24,000 nucleotides of DNA from Desulfobulbaceae bacterium (lineage in GTDB: Bacteria; Desulfobacterota; Desulfobulbia; Desulfobulbales; Desulfobulbaceae). The DNA lies in NCBI GenBank assembly GCA_033549385.1, contig JAWSUG010000002.1, positions 21,849 to 45,848 of the forward strand. The letters run 5' to 3'. Both the position numbers and the translations under genes were made by a program. This document shows, one piece after another, positions 15,676 through 21,715 of the stretch. Under the pieces are notes generated by a model. That model was not told the DNA's origin. It saw only the letters and a list, made by a program, of their open reading frames with translations, and made no database searches. Every line of letters begins with the position of its first letter. Position 1 is the first letter of the stretch.

Positions 15676-17238
15676 TCATCTGCCGTTCCCACTCATCCCT
15701 TCGAGTTTTTCAGGGGGATCAAATCTGATCCTGCAGTGATCCCGGCCCGCATAGAAATTAATCCATGACGAAGTCTGGTCAAGGGCCCAGTTTTTCGGCG
15801 GCAGGTAGGTTGTCCTCCCGAACTGTTCAATCGTGGAGGACTTGCCCTCCCGATCATAGACCCTCACCCAGAAGCAGTACCTGTCCGGGAAAACTTCGCA
15901 GGTCATGTTCCTGCTGCCGCCGCATGGACCATTCAGCAGTTTTTTGGGGCATCCGGACTGGGGGCAGATGTAGGTTGATTCCTGCAATGTACAATCGCCG
16001 CACATTTTACAGTAAAAAAGAAAACTTTTTATCCACCGTTCAAAATTGCGCAATACGGCTGTCCGCAGCCGAGTCCGTTCACAGAACAGGCATATTCTCC
16101 CGAATATCCTGCTCATCGGATGGGGGGGAGAAAAGAGGAGCCGGTGCATCAGCCTGGGCACTTTCTGCCTCCTGTGCAGGTGTCCGGGATGCAGATCATT
16201 TTTTTCCTTACCGCATGCCCCCGGTCGTTCCTGTTTGTAGATATACCAGGTGCCGGGTACCGGGAAATGAACATCCCCGCGGAGTTCATCCCAATTCCCG
16301 GCCATCTGCCCGGCATGGTCAAGGATGAACCTGACATTTGCAAAGTTAAGCCCGTTGCCGCCGAGATGAACGCCGGAATAACCGAGGCCCTTCAATATAC
16401 AGATCATTTTTGCCGCCCGCAGCAGACGCGCTTCCCTGCGGTTGTCCCTTTCTTCCTGTTCCATCTGGTGCACCAGCTGCTCCGGGAAAACAATACCGGG
16501 CACCTTGCCGCGATGCATGAGCCTCGCAACAGCGGTGGAGGGGACAAAGACATTGCCGAGTACCGGGACGCCGATGTTCTGAACCCGCAGAAAACGGATA
16601 AGTTCTTCGAATTTGCAGATGTCGTATCCGAGTTGGGTGATGATAAAATCCCCGCCGGCATCGATTTTCTTGATGAGTTTTGCATACTGCCATATCTGTT
16701 CGGATTCGGCAGCCTTGAAGGGGGAGACCACGCAGCCCCGGTTAAAGGCAAGCGGGTCAAAGGGAGCAATTTTGGAATTGGAGACGCCCCGGTACGTTCC
16801 TTCTTCCATATCACGCATGAGTCGCAAGGTCTGTACGCTGTCCAGGTCAAAAACCGGTTTGGCCTGGCCATAGTAGCTGGGACGCGGAAAGTCTCCGCCG
16901 AGAACAAGCAGGTTGTTGAAATTCTGCCGGTGATAATGAAAGAGATGACTCTCGATCTGGTTGCGATTTTTGTCCTTGAGGGAAAAATGCAGCAGCGGCT
17001 CGATGCCGATCTGCTGAATATCGGAACCTATGGCAAATGGGGCAAGAGCCGGCCCGCCCCCGGGATTATCGGTAATGGACAAGGCCCTGATCCGGCCGTC
17101 TTCTTTCGCACTGCGGGCAAAATCGAGCAGCCGCTCCAGCTTGCGCCCGCCAGATCCCTGTCCCGGTACGAGTTCATAGGTAACGGTGAACTCATCCGGA
17201 TCAGCCAGCGATTTTGAGAATTCGTTTTGCTTTGGCAT
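15676..17238 (-). CDS. metF: Methylenetetrahydrofolate reductase fused to a Cys-rich MTHFR C-terminal (MetV-like) domain
   Basis: 520 aa. The N-terminal ~380 aa are MTHFR-like (TYELVPG...ALSITDNPGG, LLVLGGD, ITQLGYD). The C-terminal ~112 aa carry YCKMCGDCTL..YICPQSGCPKKLLNGPCGGS....CEV (nt ~15961-16020), the MTHFR_C zinc-ribbon/Fe-S type pattern. Confidence 0.85.
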   Translation of the reverse strand: MPKQNEFSKSLADPDEFTVTYELVPGQGSGGRKLERLLDFARSAKEDGRIRALSITDNPGGGPALAPFAIGSDIQQIGIEPLLHFSLKDKNRNQIESHLFHYHRQNFNNLLVLGGDFPRPSYYGQAKPVFDLDSVQTLRLMRDMEEGTYRGVSNSKIAPFDPLAFNRGCVVSPFKAAESEQIWQYAKLIKKIDAGGDFIITQLGYDICKFEELIRFLRVQNIGVPVLGNVFVPSTAVARLMHRGKVPGIVFPEQLVHQMEQEERDNRREARLLRAAKMICILKGLGYSGVHLGGNGLNFANVRFILDHAGQMAGNWDELRGDVHFPVPGTWYIYKQERPGACGKEKNDLHPGHLHRRQKVPRLMHRLLFSPPHPMSRIFGRICLFCERTRLRTAVLRNFERWIKSFLFYCKMCGDCTLQESTYICPQSGCPKKLLNGPCGGSRNMTCEVFPDRYCFWVRVYDREGKSSTIEQFGRTTYLPPKNWALDQTSSWINFYAGRDHCRIRFDPPEKLEGMSGNGR

Positions 17239-17296
17239 GTATCAGATGGTAAGTGTTGTGTGAAAACTACTGCCCACACAATAAATTTATAAAGTA

Positions 17297-17426
17297 TCCT
17301 GAATCCGTTATCGGGCGCCCCGAAGGGCGGCGAAGTGAATCGCGCAATATACTTATCATATGCCATAAAAGACGAAAAATAAATAAGTTACCTGGCATAT
17401 TCCTGAAAGCCGTCACGGATTCAGGA
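17297..17426 (-). promoter_or_regulatory. Candidate ~130-nt structured leader or ncRNA with alternative pairings
   Basis: A 12-bp perfect long-range inverted repeat, TCCTGAATCCGT (17297-17308) / ACGGATTCAGGA (17415-17426), encloses two hairpins. One is GC-rich, CGCCC/GGGCG (17316-17329), with loop UUCG in the minus sense. The other is an 8-bp hairpin, ATATGCCA (17358-17365) / TGGCATAT (17393-17400). A third arm copy, TCCTGAA (17401-17407), can pair locally with 17420-17426 instead. Confidence 0.3.
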
Positions 17427-17479
17427 GTATATCATAAACCCTGAAGAACAAGGCGCAGGATGCAATTATAGTACTCGGT

Positions 17480-18535
17480 ATGAAAGCAAAGAGAAACAGG
17501 GTTGTGCTAAACGCCTGCAGATTGCTGGCGGACAAAAGGCTGCTGAACGGGTCCTGCGATCCTTCAATCGAACTGCTGGCCGGTGACGGCTCCCAGCGGA
17601 CATTTTACCGCCTGAGCTTTGCGGACGGCTTGCGCGTTGTTGCCATTGCCCCTGCCGGCAGCCGGCAGCAGGGGTTGGCTGAGGCGCACGCATCCTGGAA
17701 CATCGGCAGGCACCTGTTCGGCAGGGGGGTTCCTGTTCCCGGCCATTTTGCCTTCGACCGGGAAACGGGGCTTATTCTGGCAGAGGACCTGGGTGATCTG
17801 CGGCTGCATGAATATGCCCTGAAAACGCATCCCGGCACAAAGAAACTTGCGGCAGTATACACCCGTGTCATTCAGGCCCTGGTCCGCATGCAGGTGCGGG
17901 GGGCGGAGGGCTTTCAAGCTTCCTGGTGCTGGCAGACTCCGGCCTATGACCGGCAGCTTATGCTGGAGCGGGAGTCTGGTTATTTTGCGGCAGCCCTGTG
18001 CCGCGGCCTCCTTGGCCTTGATCCCGGCTCCTCTGTCCTGCAGGATGAATTCGAGGATATAGCCGCCAAAGCGGCGGAAGCACCGGCACATTTTTTTCTC
18101 CATCGCGACTTTCAGAGCCGCAACATTATGCTGCAGGAAGGCAGAGTCAGGATTATCGATTTCCAGGGCGGCCGGTTCGGCCCGCTCGGGTATGACCTGG
18201 CTTCACTTGTTCTTGATCCCTATGTCGGCCTGCCGCAGGCATTGCAGGAGCAGTTGATTGAAGAATATCTCCGGGTGCTGAACAGCCATATTTCCTATGA
18301 CGCAGCCGTGTTCCGCCGGGAATACGCCTATCTTTCCCTGCAGAGAAATATGCAGGTACTGGGCGCCTTCGCCTTTCTCAGCACGGAGCGGGGAAAAATT
18401 TTTTTCCGGCCATATATCAGGCTGGCCCTGCTGTCTCTGCAAAGCCTGCTTGCCAAACCTCTGCTGCAAAAGTATTCTGCCCTGAAACAATTGACTGAAT
18501 CCTGTCTGGAAAAGGCACAGCAACATGATATCTGA
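17480..18535 (+). CDS. Aminoglycoside-phosphotransferase-fold kinase (COG3178 type, anomeric MurNAc/GlcNAc kinase AmgK-like)
   Basis: 351 aa. The catalytic loop FLHRDFQSRNIML and IIDFQGGRFGPLGYDLASLVLDPY match the APH/ChoK-like Brenner and DFG-equivalent motifs of AmgK-type kinases. The 3' end overlaps der by 11 nt. Confidence 0.7.
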   Translation: MKAKRNRVVLNACRLLADKRLLNGSCDPSIELLAGDGSQRTFYRLSFADGLRVVAIAPAGSRQQGLAEAHASWNIGRHLFGRGVPVPGHFAFDRETGLILAEDLGDLRLHEYALKTHPGTKKLAAVYTRVIQALVRMQVRGAEGFQASWCWQTPAYDRQLMLERESGYFAAALCRGLLGLDPGSSVLQDEFEDIAAKAAEAPAHFFLHRDFQSRNIMLQEGRVRIIDFQGGRFGPLGYDLASLVLDPYVGLPQALQEQLIEEYLRVLNSHISYDAAVFRREYAYLSLQRNMQVLGAFAFLSTERGKIFFRPYIRLALLSLQSLLAKPLLQKYSALKQLTESCLEKAQQHDI

Positions 18536-19871
18536 AAATACAATCCTGGTCGCCCTGATCGGCCGGCCCAACGTGGGCAAGTCAACGCTGTTCAACCGGA
18601 TGACGAGAAGCCGCGACGCCATAGTCGACCCGACTCCGGGGGTGACGAGGGACCGGCACTATGCCCAGGTTGCCTGGAATGAAAGATCATTTGTCCTTGT
18701 TGATACCGGCGGCATTGACGATGATGAAGATGTCATGACCGGACATATCCGGCAACATGCCCTGCAGGCGATCGAGGAAGCGGATATCATCCTCTTTCTC
18801 ATGGACGGCAGGGAAGGATTATCGCCGAACGACATCGAGATTGTCAACATACTGCGCCGTACCGCCAAGCATGTTTTTTTTATTGTAAACAAGATCGACG
18901 GTCCTGATAAGGAAACGGAATTCCTTGCTCCTTTCTGGGAGCTGGGAGTTGAATCCTTATGGCCGCTCTCCGCCGATCACGGCTATGGATACCAGACATT
19001 GATGGATGCCCTGGTGAGCCGGGTTCCGGATCATCTGCCTGAGCAGGAATTGCCGGAAGGAACGGTACGGCTTGCTTTTCTCGGCCGCCCCAATGTGGGT
19101 AAATCGTCAATGATCAATGCCATCATTGGCCAGGAGCGGATGCTGGTATCGGATGTAGCCGGAACTACCCGTGATTCTGTTGATATTCTGCTGACCCATG
19201 GCAAATATTCCTACCTGCTGGTAGACACGGCGGGAATCCGCCGCAAGGGCAAAACAACGGACAAGCTGGAAAAATTTTCCATTCTCAAGGCACTGGGTGC
19301 CCTGGCCCGCTGCCATATAGCACTGGTCCTGATCGATGCCGGGGAAGGAATAACGGAACAGGACACCAAAATCCTCGGCTATACCCAGGAACAGGGCAGG
19401 GCCTGTATTATCCTGGTCAATAAATGGGACCTGCTCGAAGGGGATACCAGGCGCCAGAAACAGTTGCTGGAAGAAATTGCAATGGCCACCGGTTTTATGA
19501 ATTTTGCCCCGGTTCTCAAGGTGTCGGCGCTGACCGGCAAGGGAATCAAACGCGTATTTCCGGTAATCGGCAAGGTTTACCGCCAGTTCAATGAACGTAT
19601 TCCAACAAGTTCCCTCAACCAGCTGCTGGAGGATGCCGTTGCCAGGCACACCCCTCCCTATCATCACGGCAGGCGGCTGAAATTTTATTACACCGCCCAG
19701 CTCGGAACAGCACCGCCGACTTTTGCCATCATTGCCAATTCCCCCAAGGGAATCCATTTCTCTTACCAGCGGTACCTGACCAACCAGTTTCGCGAGGGGC
19801 TGAGCCTTGACATGGTCCCGATCCGGATATTTTTCCGGGAAAGGGGCAATCGGAAGGTGAAGAAAAAATGA
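18525..19871 (+). CDS. der: Ribosome-associated GTPase Der (EngA)
   Basis: 448 aa. Two tandem GTPase domains (GRPNVGKSTLFNR...DTGG...NKID and GRPNVGKSSMINA...DTAG...NKWD) plus a KH-like C-terminal domain. Confidence 0.95.
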   Translation: MISENTILVALIGRPNVGKSTLFNRMTRSRDAIVDPTPGVTRDRHYAQVAWNERSFVLVDTGGIDDDEDVMTGHIRQHALQAIEEADIILFLMDGREGLSPNDIEIVNILRRTAKHVFFIVNKIDGPDKETEFLAPFWELGVESLWPLSADHGYGYQTLMDALVSRVPDHLPEQELPEGTVRLAFLGRPNVGKSSMINAIIGQERMLVSDVAGTTRDSVDILLTHGKYSYLLVDTAGIRRKGKTTDKLEKFSILKALGALARCHIALVLIDAGEGITEQDTKILGYTQEQGRACIILVNKWDLLEGDTRRQKQLLEEIAMATGFMNFAPVLKVSALTGKGIKRVFPVIGKVYRQFNERIPTSSLNQLLEDAVARHTPPYHHGRRLKFYYTAQLGTAPPTFAIIANSPKGIHFSYQRYLTNQFREGLSLDMVPIRIFFRERGNRKVKKK

Positions 19872-19891
19872 TGCAGTGACAGGTTGTCGAT

Positions 19892-20710
19892 ATGGGAAAA
19901 GTACGGATAATGGGGATACTGAACATCACTCCCGATTCATTCTCGGACGGCGGGCAGCTGGGCAACAGGGATGAGATTGTCCGCCGGATTGAAGAAATGG
20001 TGGAAGCCGGAGTGGATATTTTTGATGTCGGCGGCGAGTCGACCCGGCCGTTTGCGGATCCTGTTCCTGAACAGGAAGAACTGGACCGGGTTCTGCCGGT
20101 TATAGAACGCATCCGGCAGGTATCGGAGAAGCCGATTTCAATAGATACCACCAAGGCTGCCGTAGCCGCGGCGGCGCTCGCCGCCGGTGCTGAGATTGTT
20201 AACGATATCAGCGCATTGCAGCAGGATCCCGGCATGCTGGAGGTGGTAAAAGAGGTTCCCGGGCAGGTGATTATCATGCACATGCAGGGCACTCCCGGAA
20301 ACATGCAGGTCAATCCGCAGTATGATGATGTAGTCGCCGACATCTTCCATTTTTTTGAAGAAAGAATAGAGCTGCTCACAGCCCGGGGCATAGACAAGGC
20401 CCGGATTATCATTGATCCGGGAATCGGGTTCGGCAAGACGGTGGAGCACAACCTGAAGATTCTCCGGAATATCGGCGAGTTCAAAAAGCTGGAGTGCCCC
20501 GTGCTTATCGGTCATTCCAGAAAATCCTTTCTCGGCAGCACTCTTGGTCTTGACATCACCCGGCGCGACTGTGCCACGGCAATCCTTTCCTTTTATTGTA
20601 TCCGGCAGGGCGCGGATATCCTGCGCGTTCATGATGCGGAACTGACCAGACAGGCGGTCCGGCTGCAGCAACTCCTGGAGGCCGGAGAAGATGATCAACC
20701 TTCCTGTTGA
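19892..20710 (+). CDS. folP: Dihydropteroate synthase
   Basis: 272 aa. MGILNITPDSFSDGG, DVGGESTRP, IDPGIGFGKT and GHSRKSF are canonical pterin-binding/DHPS motifs. Confidence 0.95.
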   Translation: MGKVRIMGILNITPDSFSDGGQLGNRDEIVRRIEEMVEAGVDIFDVGGESTRPFADPVPEQEELDRVLPVIERIRQVSEKPISIDTTKAAVAAAALAAGAEIVNDISALQQDPGMLEVVKEVPGQVIIMHMQGTPGNMQVNPQYDDVVADIFHFFEERIELLTARGIDKARIIIDPGIGFGKTVEHNLKILRNIGEFKKLECPVLIGHSRKSFLGSTLGLDITRRDCATAILSFYCIRQGADILRVHDAELTRQAVRLQQLLEAGEDDQPSC

Positions 20711-20719
20711 GCAGGGCTT

Positions 20720-21700
20720 GTGACTTTCCAGGGGATTATTCAGACCGGCCAGCATAGCTGTTTCAATGAAGATGGTGCCGTTGTCGACTGTGCAGGCAGC
20801 GGCCAGGACGGCGAGTACCAAATTGGAACGCCCTGGCCTGATCCGAGGTTCAGGCTCCGGGGCCAGGTCGTGGAGGACCTGCTCACCGGGCTTTGCTGGG
20901 CAACGGATGCAAATCCTGCCGAATTTCCCCTGACCTGGCAGGAGGCCTTTGAATTTATCCGCGCAATGAACGCCCGGTCCGCATCCGGTTACAGCGACTG
21001 GCGCCTGCCTGACAGAAATGAATTGCGCAGCCTGATCTCCTACCAGGCAAAAAGGCCGGCCCTGCCGGCAGGACATCCTTTTGTCAATGTATTTTCAGGA
21101 TGGTACTGGACGTCCACCACGGCTGCCGTCAATTCCGGGTATGCCTGGTATGTTCATATGGACGGAGCCCGAATGTTTTACGGCGGCAAGAATCAATATT
21201 ACATGCTCTGGCCCGTGCGGGGAAAAAGCACTGTTCTGCCTCCGGCCGGAGAGGCCGCCGGATCCCCTGTTGAGGAACGGCAGGAAAGCGTTCCGGAAAA
21301 AAAAGAGCCTGAATCGCGGTTCGTGCCCGATGGGGATATTGTCCATGACCGGCACACAGGCCTGTGCTGGCGGCAGACGGCAAGCCTGTCATCAAAACCG
21401 GTACGGTGGGCGGAAGCCCTGCAGCTGGTTGCAGGGTTGAACCAGGCTGAGAGCGATCGGAAAAAGGGCTGGCGGCTGCCGAATATCAATGAACTGGAAT
21501 CACTGGTGGACTGCTCCAGGCATTCGCCGGCACTTGAAGTCAATCATCCCTTTACGGAAGTCAGGGATGTGTACTGGTCTTCGACCACCAGTTTTTTTGA
21601 AACCGACTGGGCCTGGGCTCTTTATCTCAACAAGGGAGCCCTTGGCGTTGGATTCAAGAAACAGGCGGAATTTTATATCTGGCCCGTGCGGAACGGATAG
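20720..21700 (+). CDS. DUF1566 (Lcl C-terminal-like) domain protein with two repeats
   Basis: 326 aa with a GTG start. The N-terminal TGQ..C....G..V.C.GSGQDGEYQ.G.PWPDPRF is followed by two units containing V.D.LTGLCW / V.D..TGLCW, then SDWRLPDRNELRSL / KGWRLPNINELESL, then YWSSTT. There is an in-frame stop 9 nt upstream, so no longer N-terminus is possible. Confidence 0.8.
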   Translation: MTFQGIIQTGQHSCFNEDGAVVDCAGSGQDGEYQIGTPWPDPRFRLRGQVVEDLLTGLCWATDANPAEFPLTWQEAFEFIRAMNARSASGYSDWRLPDRNELRSLISYQAKRPALPAGHPFVNVFSGWYWTSTTAAVNSGYAWYVHMDGARMFYGGKNQYYMLWPVRGKSTVLPPAGEAAGSPVEERQESVPEKKEPESRFVPDGDIVHDRHTGLCWRQTASLSSKPVRWAEALQLVAGLNQAESDRKKGWRLPNINELESLVDCSRHSPALEVNHPFTEVRDVYWSSTTSFFETDWAWALYLNKGALGVGFKKQAEFYIWPVRNG

Positions 21701-21715
21701 ACCTCTTTTCTCCTG

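Noticed and set aside
16120-17217. 365-aa plus-strand ORF, with further ORFs at 15765-16328 and 16404-16907.
   Set aside because: It lies entirely antisense to or out of frame with the well-supported MTHFR gene. The translation is Pro/Gly/Arg-rich with no motifs and no SD. This is a typical shadow ORF of a GC-rich gene.
19107-21076. Long minus-strand ORFs of 216, 251 and 312 aa, antisense to der, folP and the DUF1566 gene.
   Set aside because: The plus-strand genes carry unambiguous Der and DHPS motifs. The antisense translations are low-complexity (Ser/Pro/Gly/Arg-rich) and lack starts with an SD.
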